From Vitrella brassicaformis CCMP3155 (taxonomy: Eukaryota; Protista; Chromerida), in the NCBI GenBank assembly GCA_001179505.1, contig CDMY01000796.1, positions 1-19,337 of the forward strand: a stretch of DNA of 19,337 nt, written 5' to 3'. This document shows positions 9,238-19,337 of the stretch, piece after piece. Position numbers and translations under genes: made by a program. The notes beneath the pieces were generated by a model. The model had not been told where the DNA came from. It made no database searches and worked only from the letters and a program-made list of their open reading frames with translations. Every line of letters begins with the position of its first letter. Within the stretch, counting starts at the first letter, position 1.

Positions 9238-9969
9238 CGAGAGGAGAAGGGATATACGTGCTGCCAGATGGCGAGCGAGCGGGCGAGAGGGCGGAGGGGC
9301 TGTGCCCCTGGCAGGAGGACAGGCGCTTGCAATGCGATGTTGGCCTAAGTGGTGACATAGCGGTGTGCGTCCGTAGCTGCTACCGTATGAGTACTTACTT
9401 CTTTGTGTGTCTGCTCGCCATCCGTGGTGTTGGCATCTCTGTGTGTACATAATCGTATCAATCTTACAAACGTTCGTGCGTGCATGAGTGGGCGGGGGAT
9501 GAACGGGACGGACAGCACATGGTGAAATGAATCGATTCACACGGGCTGGCCGATTTGCTTGCATGGGAGTAAAGACAGACAGGTGGGTTTCGACACCTGG
9601 TGGGTATTCACATGTAGAGCTCCGAAAAAACCACTGAATGAATCAATCGAATCCAGCATCTTGCTTGACTATGAATAGATCTCCGCTCCCGCACGTCGTC
9701 ATCTATGGGCGCCATCTCGTCCCGGATCCGTTTGTGAGGCTGAGGGCAACCCTAAACCCTTGCTTCCTTTTAGGTTTTCTTCCCTTTTCTCTCCATCGGC
9801 TTACAAACAACCCAGTTTGGACGATCTGGTTGGCACTGAACACAGATCTGGACTAGAAAACTCGAGATCTGTGCTCGGTGTGTGCATGCAGCTGCTGTGA
9901 AAAAGACGGCGTGTCAGGCCTTCTGAAGTCTCGCCAGTAAGGGGAGAGCACTGTACTGAGGGCGGCGTC

Positions 9970-12634
9970 ATGGGCGAGAGGACGAGAGACTTCTTCCGGG
10001 GCCAATCTCTTCTGCTTCTTGGCGTGACAGGCACTGTGGGACAGGTGCGGGAGTGAAGGCACGCGGCACGTACACGCACTGCATCCATCTATCTGAGCAT
10101 TTGTCAGATCTGTGATGGTGCGTTGATCTGTGTACAGGTGGTACTGGAGCATCTGCTGCGGTGTGCGCCGCTTCAGCGGTTGTATCTGCTGACCCGCTCC
10201 ACCCCGAAGGCTTCCAGCACCCAGCGCATCATCGACTTGCTTCAGCAGCCCCTCTTCGCGGCCGTTCACAAAGTGCTGCGTGACGAGGAGGGCGAGGCAC
10301 ACAGCGACGATAGCACGGCCAGTGATGATGATGGTAGTGGTGACGGTGGCGGCTGTCGATCTCCCCAATCGTCGACGCAGTCCGACGAGGAGGTTCTGCT
10401 GAATGGATTTGGGATTCACGTCATCGAAGGAGACCTGCAAAAGGTGTGCATACGACATGCGACCTGGGCTGCCCCGTTGGCTGTCCGTGTGTGCATCTCC
10501 GTGTGCGTGTTTGTCGTGTGTGTGTATCGTCAGGAGTACCTGGGTCTGTCTGAGAGGGACCTTGAGACACTCAAGGCCAATGTCACAGGTACGGTACCTT
10601 GACCGGATTGATCACATCAGGAGCATTGTGTCTGATCCATCCGTCCATCAGTGGTGGTGAATTGCGCAGCGAGCATCAATTTTGACGATCCCTTCCCGCA
10701 GCTCTTCGACCAGAACGTCGTCGGAGCCCTGCGCGTGATACAACTGGTCAGCTATTGATTGCTGTTCGTGCATTTTACGTACCTGTGTGTCAAACAGGCC
10801 ATGTCGTGTGAGGGCGTCCGGTCGTCCGGATGTTTTGTCCACGTGTCCACTGCATACGCCAACTCAAACAGAAGGCAAGCAAACAGTTCCTGAATGAGGC
10901 AAACACAGGCACACACCGCTGACGTTATGTATCGATCAGCGGTGTGATTGAGGAGAAGCTCTACGAGTCAGACATCGATCACGAGGTGGGCAGGCCACAC
11001 AGCCAAGCCTGACGCGGACATCCTGACTGACGCGCTATCTGCCGGTGAGTTTGTCTGTCTGTTTGTCTGTGTGCAGCATGAGTTCAGTGAGCTGGGCCGC
11101 ACGACCGGCGAGGAGCATGAACGGCTGGCAGAACAGCTCAGAGGTGGGCCGGGGCGGGGTGGATGGGTTGGTTGGTGGCGTAACCAACATTCCATGGCAT
11201 CTCCATCATGTGTGTAGTGCGTTACGGTCACCCGAACCACTACACCTTCACCAAGTGCCTGTGTGAGCATCTGATCGACTCGCGGCGCGGCGACATGCCT
11301 ACCCTCATCGTCCGCCCCTCCATCATCGGTTCCACATACAAGACGCCATTCAAAGGATGGACGAACGCTCCCCAGGGTTTTGGTACATTGGTCGCCTTCA
11401 GAGCGTTCGGCGCCTCCCTCCGGCTGCCCAGCGACGGCATGGCCATCGGTAGGCTAGTCTTGTGGTCTGCGCGTTCATCCATCCTCTGTTGTGCCTGCAT
11501 GCGTTTGTGTAGGTGATGTGATCCCGTCGGATTACGTGTCATCGGCGATCATCAAGGGCGCTGTGGCAACGGCAGGTGCATACGTGCAGACTGCATAGTA
11601 TTTGTGTCCTATCCATCCCTCCATTGCATGCAGGTCGTGTTGGTCATTTGGAGGTGATGCATGTGTCGTCGTCGCATACCAATCCCATCACATGGTCAGC
11701 AGCCAGCCTCACGACACAGGTGCTTCCGTCCGTCCGCATGCGTGTTGTGTATGTCTCCCTGTGTGCAGGAATGAGTTGGGCCGCCATGCTGTGAAGGCCT
11801 TCACACAGCAAAACTCCCAAAGCAAAATCCCAAAGAAATACATGATCGGTACCCCTGCCCTCCCTCAACCAACAAAGAGAGGCAGGCAGTCTCTTTCGTC
11901 TTGCGCCCGCCAGGTCCGCGGTTTGTGGTCAAGTGGTGTTCATCTTCGCGGAAATACGCCGTCATGCACGTACAGAAGACGAAACATCACCCATCGAGTC
12001 GATGGCGCGTCATTCTGCCTTACCATGATCAGGCGATGGACGATGCGGCCGTTGTAGCCGGCCAGTCAGTTGCGGCACGGCTGAGTGATGTCTTGCCGTC
12101 ACAAGGGAGACAACTGTCCAAGTTGGTCAAATTTCTGCGGCGTCGACAGAAAGCGCTCAAGCTGCTGCACCCCTTCATCTGCAACCAGTGGACTTTCAAA
12201 ACCGACAAGGCACGCGACCACGGCACAGACAGACAGACACTGATGGTTTGGATCAAGCTTTCCTGATGTACAGATAAGTCAGCTTGCCCGCGAGGATGAT
12301 GAGCCAGATTTTCCCCTCGACGTGGAGAACATCGACTGGTATGTACTAGGCCGCATACGCACCGACCCATTGCGATGTATGGGTCTCTCTCTCTCTGTCT
12401 GTCAGGGAGCTTTGGTGCAAAGACTACCTGGAAGGTCTGTGCCGCTACTCCCTCATCCCGACCCTGGAGCGCATGAGCGCACGCGACAAAGACCCGCCCG
12501 CACCCAAGCAGCCACTCAAGCCCTCCACCTTCGACACCATGTCACCGTCGAGAATGAGCACTGCCAGCACGTCCCGTACACGTGTCGATGGTGCGGGACT
12601 GAGGAGTCGATGGATAGTTTGTGGTCGGATGTGA
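9970..12634 (+). CDS. FAR: Fatty acyl-CoA reductase (alcohol-forming; NAD_binding_4 plus Sterile/FAR_C domains), ~560-580 aa. Exons: 9970-10044, 10138-10443, 10534-10588, 10652-10746, 10798-10874, 10940-10985, 11077-11143, 11218-11448, 11513-11575, 11634-11694, 11769-11848, 11914-12209 (possible in-frame intron 11970-12032), 12274-12338, 12406-12634
   Basis: The spliced model gives FFRGQSLLLLGVTGTVGQ (Rossmann), IEGDLQKEYLGLS, NCAASINFDD, NVVGALRVIQLA, FVHVSTAYAN, IEEKLY, PNHYTFTKCLCE (YxxxK), IVRPSIIGSTYKTPFKGW, DVIPSDYV, NPITW, QWTFKT and FPLDVENIDW. These are the standard FAR-family motifs in the standard order. Confidence 0.9.
10875..10939 (+). other. Non-canonical GC-AG intron in the FAR gene
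   Basis: The donor AG|GCAAGC matches the GC-AG consensus. It gives the phase-2 join NSNR-S-GVIEEKLY; the nearby GT at ~10886 leads to a stop. Confidence 0.75.
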
Positions 12635-12820
12635 GCGACGACATTCGGCCAGCCTCGACAGGGCGCAGATGGAAGGATGGGGTGTAGCTTCGAGGTCTCT
12701 GCGCCTTGCTTTATGTTCGGCCATCTCGGTACATGTTGTCTGTGTGGCGGTGCGGTATGGGTGTCTGTTGGATCGTGAACGGGTGTATTCCTGTGGTTGC
12801 GTGAGGGCGTCTGAGGCAAG

Positions 12821-13178
12821 ATGGCTCGCTTGCGCTGGCTTGATGTGTGGACGCCTGTTTGTTTTCTGCATGGGGAACCGCCATATTTCAAGTGTGCTGC
12901 GCCTCCGCCTGTCTGTCCGTCTGTCTGTCTGTCTGCCTGTCTGTCTGTCTGTCTGTCTTTCTGTCTGTCTGTCTGTTTGTCGTCTGTCTGTCTTCCCTCA
13001 CCGTGCTGGTCGTATGCTTACCACCTTAGTCACCGTGCTGGTGTAAGTAAATCGGCGGCCCCTGACTGACTGACTGATTGACTGACTGACTGGCTTCTCG
13101 TGTCGTATGTGTTGGGCATGCTGTGGTGGCCACAGGACAGCAGTTCGCCTCAATCATTTAGGCGGAGGCTATGCCTGC
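12821..13178 (+). CDS. Possible start of a small spliced gene interrupted by the N gap; exons 12821-12891, 13030-13042, 13136-13178
   Basis: The start context is AAGATGG. There is a clear GTAAGT...CACAG intron at 13043-13135. The three pieces join in frame (MARLRWLDVWTPVCFLHGEPPYFNHRAGDSSSPQSFRRRLCL) and end at a GTACG donor just before the gap. I recognise no homology. Confidence 0.3.
12909..12992. repeat. (CTGT)n microsatellite, ~20 imperfect units
   Basis: Seen directly. Shorter CTGT/ACAG tracts occur at ~893-915, 1058-1075, 1718-1738, 3185-3230, 16248-16266 and 16868-16892. Confidence 0.95.
13062..13092. repeat. (CTGA)n microsatellite inside a predicted intron
   Basis: CTGACTGACTGACTGATTGACTGACTGACTG. 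Confidence 0.9.
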
Positions 13179-13183
13179 GTACG

Positions 13184-13483
13184 NNNNNNNNNNNNNNNNN
13201 NNNNNNNNNNNNNNNNNNNNNNNNNNNNNNNNNNNNNNNNNNNNNNNNNNNNNNNNNNNNNNNNNNNNNNNNNNNNNNNNNNNNNNNNNNNNNNNNNNNN
13301 NNNNNNNNNNNNNNNNNNNNNNNNNNNNNNNNNNNNNNNNNNNNNNNNNNNNNNNNNNNNNNNNNNNNNNNNNNNNNNNNNNNNNNNNNNNNNNNNNNNN
13401 NNNNNNNNNNNNNNNNNNNNNNNNNNNNNNNNNNNNNNNNNNNNNNNNNNNNNNNNNNNNNNNNNNNNNNNNNNNNNNNNNNN
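13184..13483. other. Assembly gap (300 N)
   Basis: Run of N followed by a G homopolymer and GGGA repeats. Confidence 0.99.
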
Positions 13484-14131
13484 GGGGGGGGCTTGAGGGT
13501 GTGGGAGGGAGGCAGGCAGGGAGGGAGGGAGGGAGAGTTTTGAGTCGAACAAGAGAAAGAAAGTCGGTACCGTACATATCCATCTGTACTTATGTGTCTG
13601 TGCGCGATGCCATTGGCGTGAGTGTGTTGGCGTGGCGTCTCGTTCGTCTGTTTCTGTCAGTGTTTGTATTTGTCCGAGTGTGTCCGCAGCTCTGTACTTG
13701 TGTCTTCGTGTCTGTCACACGTGTGGGCAAGATGGGCAACACAGTGAGGATTTTGCGGGAAGGGATGCGTGATGCGTGGAGGGATTGTCTGTGTGTGCAT
13801 GTTCCCCGCATGGTGTCTTATGTGTCTTCTGTCTCTCTGCCTGTGTGCGTTGCGTGTGCTCGTGGTCGGCAGCAGTGGAGGGGGGATGAACTGCTGAGAC
13901 GTACAACATGGTGTTTCAGATGTCGGTCGATTCATGGTCAGCATGACAAGTGACAGACAGAGCAATCGGCTACGAGAAGACACACACACACGCGCGGACA
14001 GACAGACGGATGCACATAGTCAGATCAAGAGCAAAGGGTCCAGCAAATACACTACCACTCTCAACCCTGCAGGCATCTTCCTGCGATACACACACGGACG
14101 CTCCACTTCCCCTCACACATCGTCGGTCTGC

Positions 14132-16227
14132 CTATCTGGCCCTGTCCCGCCCCCTCCCCTTGGCGGCCTTCCCGTCCTCCGTTTTCTTGCCGCTCCTCTC
14201 CCTCTTCTGCACACTCGTCAGCCGGCTGTTGAGCTCACGCAGCTCACGCTCCAGGGTCTGCTCGGCGTCCTCTATCTCTGTCAGGCTCTGCGGCTCCTTC
14301 TTGCCCCCCTGCAGGTGGCTCTGCTGTGGCTGCTGTGTCTTGGCGCTCATCCGCCTGGAGCCCTTGCGGGGCGAGCCTGGTGGCTGGTATGAGGATGGCG
14401 GTTGGGGCGGGGGCTGTGGTGTTGGCGCGGGGAAGAAGGGCGTCGTGGGCTGAGGGGGCCGCTGGGTGGTCATCATCGGGGCATTCATCATCGGATAACC
14501 TGAAGCCATGCGAGACGTGAGATGAAAAAGTGCGGTGTCTCTCTCGTGTATCTCGTCTGTCTGTCTCTCGGACCTGGTTGATACGGCTGTTGATACGGCT
14601 GTTGATACGGCTGCTGCGACGCAGCCGACATGAACGGTGTGTTCGCCATCCCCACCGACGGCATCACCGATGGCATCCCATACACAAGGTGGGACCCGGC
14701 CTCACTGACCACCTTCCCTCTGCCGTCCATGTATGGGTGGTACGCCTGCTGCCCGGGATGCTGATAGCCCCCCTGAGTGCCTTGCATCCCAGCCTGGCTG
14801 GCAAATGGATGCATCGAGGCCTGCTGCTGCAGGGGCGCATATTGGGGAAAGAATGGTCTCTGCTGTTGCTGATGTGGATGTGGGTATTGCTGGCTGACGG
14901 GAAGTGATGCTTGTCTCGACACCGCAGGGAAGACGCTCGACTGCGCCGGATTGTGGTCACTAAAGGTCGGCACGCGAGGCTGCGAGGGATTCTCGCGGAC
15001 AACCGCCGGCTTGCTTGACGCATCCTCGGCTTTTGGCGTGCTCTCTTCGGCGAGTGGAGGCAGAATGACGGCCGACCGGACAGACTCGCCCGTCTTGGTA
15101 CCAGACCGAGATTGTTTGGCTGCCTTGACGCTCTGTTTCCTCGGCGGCTCCTTCTTGCCCTTGGTGGCCGGGAGACTCCTCTCCTTCTCTCTCTTGTCCT
15201 CCGCCTTGTCTTTCGTGTCTCTGCTCTTGGCCATGGATGGTTTCCTCTTCTCCGCTGGGGCATCGGCCTCTCTCTTCTTGCTCGCGTGGACAGCACTGGC
15301 AGTGCTCTCCTTCTTGCCCACAACCGACGACGCCCTCTCACGCTTGTCACGACGCAACTCCTCCGTCATGGATAGGGGAGGGGACTCCTGCCCCTTCGAT
15401 GTCGTCTTGCTCTCGTGCACAGCCCCCTGTTGCTGGTGCTGCTGCTTGTCGGTGACTGAGGGCACTGTCTCGTCAGTGGTCTGAGGCGATGAGGGACTGA
15501 TGTACTGGGGGGGCTGCTGAGGGGGCGGGAGAGGCCCCGTGGCAGGAAGGAAGTGGGCGTGGAAGTACTGCAGCTCCCGCTCTTGCTCCTCACAGGTCCT
15601 CTCGAGGACGCGGATGCGGCTCCGCAACATACGACACTCATCCTGAAGGACAGACCATGACACACACGGGGAGTGCATGCCAGTGTGGGTTCTTCTCTCC
15701 CCATGCATCCCATCCCGCCTACCTCTAGCTGTGAAGCCTTATCTGTCCTGACGTCGACATTCCCTATCAGCGGCTCTTTCCTCTCCCCCCTCCTCTCTCC
15801 CGACAGCCATGGCGGCAATTGCGGATCCCTCCCCTTCTCCTCCTCCCCGAACCCATAAGACGACGGCTGCTGACCATCCCCATAGCCACCCCCACTGTAG
15901 TAAGCCCCTTTGACATTGCCTCGCCCCCCTCTGCCCCTCCATTCCGCCATGTCACGCGGCCGATATTGTTGCATCATGTACTCACCGGCCTTGACAAGGG
16001 GCAGGCGGACGCCCAGCTCGGTGAGCTCCTGATGCGCCGGGGAGTCGGGCAGCAGAGGGGGGAAATGGTTGAAGGGGGTCATGTACTCGATGAATGAGGG
16101 CTCGTATGCGGGGTAGCTCTCGCGCTGACTGCGGCTACGATAGTCCATACGCCAAAGGAGGAAAAAGACTGGGGGCGTTCGGGGGTCAGCTAGCATCTCG
16201 ACGATCTCGGCATTCAAGTTGCGGTTA
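14132..16227 (-). CDS. Large hypothetical protein (>640 aa) with a globular-looking N-terminal segment, two coiled coils and K/E- and P/Q-rich disordered regions. Exons 16227-15723, 15642-14574, 14499-14132; the 5' exons (~16280-16730) are unresolved
   Basis: GT-AG junctions are phase-consistent and join ORFs 15366-16304, 14488-15708 and 14132-14509. Coiled-coil-like segments: DECRMLRSRIRVLERTCEEQERELQYF and LTEIEDAEQTLERELRELNSRLTSVQK. Confidence 0.8.
14577..14612 (-). repeat. 12-bp coding tandem repeat x3, encoding PYQQ-type repeats
   Basis: GTTGATACGGCT x3 on the + strand. Confidence 0.9.
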
Positions 16228-16759
16228 CTGGTGCTGGCTGGTGTCTGTTTGTCTGTCTGTCTGTCTGCAGGAAGCGGTTTGCCTTTACAGAGGCCCGACA
16301 CCAAGAGAGGACTCTCGCCAGGCAGACGCCGCGCATGTGCTGAAACCGGCCCTTTTGTCTACTCTCTGACTGTTTGTCATGAGGTGTTTCAGGACCGTGT
16401 TGGTTGAATGGCTGAATGTGAGTATGTATGTCTGCATGACGTAGGAAAACGTGCGTCCCATCCGTGCAGGCAGGACAACTCCATCCCCCATCTCAGTGAC
16501 ACACGAATGCACAAAACGGCACGCACACACAGACACGTCGGTGGTGTGATTGACCGACCAGTCAGCTGACACCTGCAGCCCCACACCACCCACACCAACA
16601 GAGGCATGCATATACATTTGAAGGCACCAACGCGGTGTGTATTACGCATACAACGAGCTTGAGAGCTATGTGTGGAAAGGCCGACATACAGATGTGGTGC
16701 CATATATTGGCAGCCAGTCATGATAGGCATCTCACTAGCTGTAGCTGGCTATATGCTAT

Positions 16760-16786
16760 ATACACACACACACACACACACACACG
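16760..16786. repeat. (CA)n microsatellite
   Basis: Seen directly. There is another (CA)n tract at ~18244-18268 and a (GGAT)n tract at ~17119-17150. Confidence 0.9.
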
Positions 16787-17817
16787 CAGCCCCTCCCTCC
16801 CTCCCGCCCAGCCGTGCACACAAAGCGACACGCTCAGACACGCTCGACATGTCTCAGACCAACAGGCGACAGACAGACAGACAGACAGACAGAGATCAAC
16901 AAAGAAACACACACATCCACACACACGTGTACACGCATATATACGCAGGGAATTCTGTCTGGCAATCAATGGGTATACATGCACACGTGTATGCTATGTT
17001 ACGTAAGTACAGATATCTATCGAGCGATGTCGATCGATCGGTCGACCCATTCATTCCTTCATTTCATTAGGCTGCGTATCCAGTGGATGGCTGGTGGGGT
17101 GGGTGAACAATATACCACATGGATGGATGGATGGATGGATGCGATGGACGGATGACACACACATGACATGTACACATGTAGCTATACACATACAAATGTA
17201 CCCACACAGAGACACCACACACCACAACGCAGCACAACACAACAACACAATAGCAGACAGAGAGTGCAGACGTACCATACACAACAAAATACCCTCCCCG
17301 CCTCCCCATCTCCCGGCTGACTGCGGCTTGCCTCCTCACTGACATCAATCCACCCACCTCCCATCCGTCTGGAAAACCTATTTGCTCGCTCAATGGAATA
17401 GACAAAAAAACATAGATGAAGCACGCGAGGCAGCAGCCCGATGGCCTTAACCCACCGTCTGTGTGCCCTTTCTGCTCAGCTCCCTCTCAGTTAAATGCAA
17501 CGAGTGCACCTTACAGGCAGCCAGGCAGGCAGACAGGCATGAAGCCGGGAGGGCGAGAGCACGTCGGATGCATGAGGAACCCGATCCATGCGATGATGCA
17601 GGTGGACAGATGACAAATCAATCAACTGACTGCCCGCCTCTGACACACGCACGCACTAGTGGTCCAACACGAACGCACACTTCCTCTCTCTTTTCCCCGC
17701 TCACACACACTCATCCAGCCACACACACACACATGGGACGAAACACCGTGCGGGAAACACCTACCTACCATGTTCCACTCAGCACTCACACATGGCGGGC
17801 CGGCAGCGCTGTGTCGG

Positions 17818-19337
17818 TCAAAGCGGCTCAGCCAGTAAGTCGTTCTCGTGCGTCAGGAAACGAAGCGTCGCCTCCAGCCCTTCCTCGAAATACAGCTGGA
17901 AGCCGTGCCAAGCACTGACACACACACAGGCAGAACAACAGAGAGGGAGGGAGGTGAGAGCTGCTATCGTGTGGCGTGGCGTGCTCATGTGCTCACTCTG
18001 GCACGACGAGCAGCTGGACGGCCTCCTCCTGACTCTTGATGAAGCCCTGGATGGCCTGGGAGGCGAGCAGCCCGTCCTCACCAGCCAACACTACCTGCAC
18101 ACACCACACGGACACAGACACACACACACGCACACACGCATGACACGCAGACGGAGCGAGTGCGTGGATGTGATGTGTCGGACGGACCATGAGGTTCTCT
18201 TTCAGGCGGAAGAGGTCGCCCCTATCGATGTACTCGCACCCTGCACACACACACACACACACACACACCGAGGGGATGGGTATGCTGTCTGTCTTGTCTG
18301 ATCTGCATATATCACGCTCGCCTCCCTCCCTCCCTCCGTCCCTCCCTCCGTCACCTTGGAGCTGCCTGCCCGCCGTCCAGATGGTCCCGAACTCCTTGTA
18401 AGCGACCAGCCACATCATCCACAGCTGAAACCTGAATACACAAATGATGAACAACAACATCCACCAACACACAACACACCGAGGACTACCACCCAAACCA
18501 CACCGGCCACTTCTCCTATCAATGCCATTTCAAATGTTGTCCCCGCCTCTCACCTTTCCCCGAAGAGCGTATTCGCCTTCTCCCCCATGGCCCTCAGCCG
18601 CTTCCATGCTCTCCGCTGACACCTGCGGCTCACGCCCATCTCCGCGTTGAGCCCATCCGCCACAAGCCCGCACAAGTTGGGCGTGCTGGCATTGTGCTCG
18701 GAGGCGATCGTGTGTCTGCGGTTGCTGCGCTGGCGCAGCCCGGCAGGGTCGGGCGGCTGGAGGTGTGTGCTCTGGGGCGAGGATGTGACGGACGAGTGGT
18801 AGGGTGAGGTGTCGCTGTCGTATCCGCAGGAGGCGTCGGTCGACATGGCGTCAGCATCGACGAGGTGGCGCTTGATGGGCTGGATGCAGGGGAGGGAGCG
18901 GGCGGGGAGGATGGCAGGCGGTAGTGGCACCTCGCTGTGCACCTGTAGTGGGGTCAGCTGCATCAGCTGGGCCTGCAAGAAACAAGACAACAATCAACAA
19001 GGCAGCCAGAAAGAGACCACGCTGATGTGTCCCATACCTTCTTGGGTAGCTGGGGGATGAAGCAGATGGGATCGAATAAGAGGGCCCTCCTGATGAGCCC
19101 CGGGAACCGCCGATGCAGCAGCGACACGACCCCTGTCCCATACGACTGGCAGAAGACATCCACCTGCGTGTCGATCTCCACCTGGGCGTCCTTGCCGTGC
19201 CGCTGTGCCCACGCCGTATCCATTCGGATGACGGCCTCGCTGCTGAGGAGCTTCTCATACTCGAGGAATGCCACCATCTCCTCGACGGACTGCATCATGG
19301 TGGGGCAGCGGGCGAGGTCGAAGTCGCCGTGGGGGTA
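17818..19337 (-). CDS. 3' part of an alpha/beta-hydrolase fold protein, with the start beyond the window. Exons >19337-19038, 18972-18554, 18431-18355, 18240-18188, 18094-17997, 17914-17818
   Basis: Junctions are phase-consistent GT-AG. There is a nucleophile elbow VDVFCQSYGTGVVS followed by RALLFDPICF, a candidate acid in VVLAGEDGLL and a candidate His in VVPDAWHGF, which is the Ser-Asp-His order of the fold. Confidence 0.8.

Noticed and set aside
7853-9355. 500-aa uninterrupted ORF
   Set aside because: The first ~118 codons have a non-ATG start and overlap the GH3 5' exons on the other strand. The C-terminus reads through a GT-rich intron. The model 8207-9126 plus 9198-9237 is preferred.
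12406-13183. FAR fused to a C-terminal acyltransferase (FARAT-type bifunctional enzyme)
   Set aside because: The FAR frame stops at 12634 and no PlsC HxxxxD-type domain is visible downstream. The gap leaves only slight doubt.
13100-13953. ORFs spanning the N run
   Set aside because: They are artefacts of translating N as X.
14326-15484. ORFs 14530-14907, 14664-15350 and 14951-15484
   Set aside because: They are antisense or off-frame shadows of the low-complexity minus-strand gene.
16780-17800. Many short ORFs between the hypothetical gene and the hydrolase
   Set aside because: This is repeat-rich intergenic/UTR sequence with no coherent exon chain.
9970-19337. A biosynthetic gene cluster (FAR, hydrolase, membrane protein, GH3)
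   Set aside because: Mixed orientations, an unrelated intervening gene, no shared motifs seen and no coherent pathway. Adjacency alone is not evidence.

Overview
Eukaryotic, intron-rich, GC-rich genomic DNA. Introns are short (about 35-140 nt) and full of (CTGT)n, (CA)n and (GGAT)n microsatellites; this style resembles chromerid alveolates such as Vitrella, which is an inference only. There is one 300-nt N gap. The ORF track fragments or misses the real genes, so I rebuilt spliced models by hand from GT/GC-AG sites and reading-frame phase. Left to right: (1) the 5' end of a minus-strand gene with a hydrophobic leader, running off the window; (2) a ~294-bp inverted repeat between it and (3) a divergent 3-exon secreted DUF1036-like gene; (4) a ~15-exon minus-strand GH3 beta-glucosidase/glucan exohydrolase with a tail of three PAN/Apple-like domains alternating with two Cys-rich modules; (5) a divergent ~7-TM membrane protein of unknown family; (6) a ~14-exon fatty acyl-CoA reductase that apparently needs one or two GC-AG introns; (7) a possible small spliced gene cut by the gap; (8) a large low-complexity, coiled-coil hypothetical protein; (9) the 3' part of an alpha/beta hydrolase. 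No rRNA, tRNA, CRISPR array or transposase was seen. I found no clear new multi-gene system. The best leads are the inverted duplicated promoter region with its 62-bp leader duplication, and the modular GH3.
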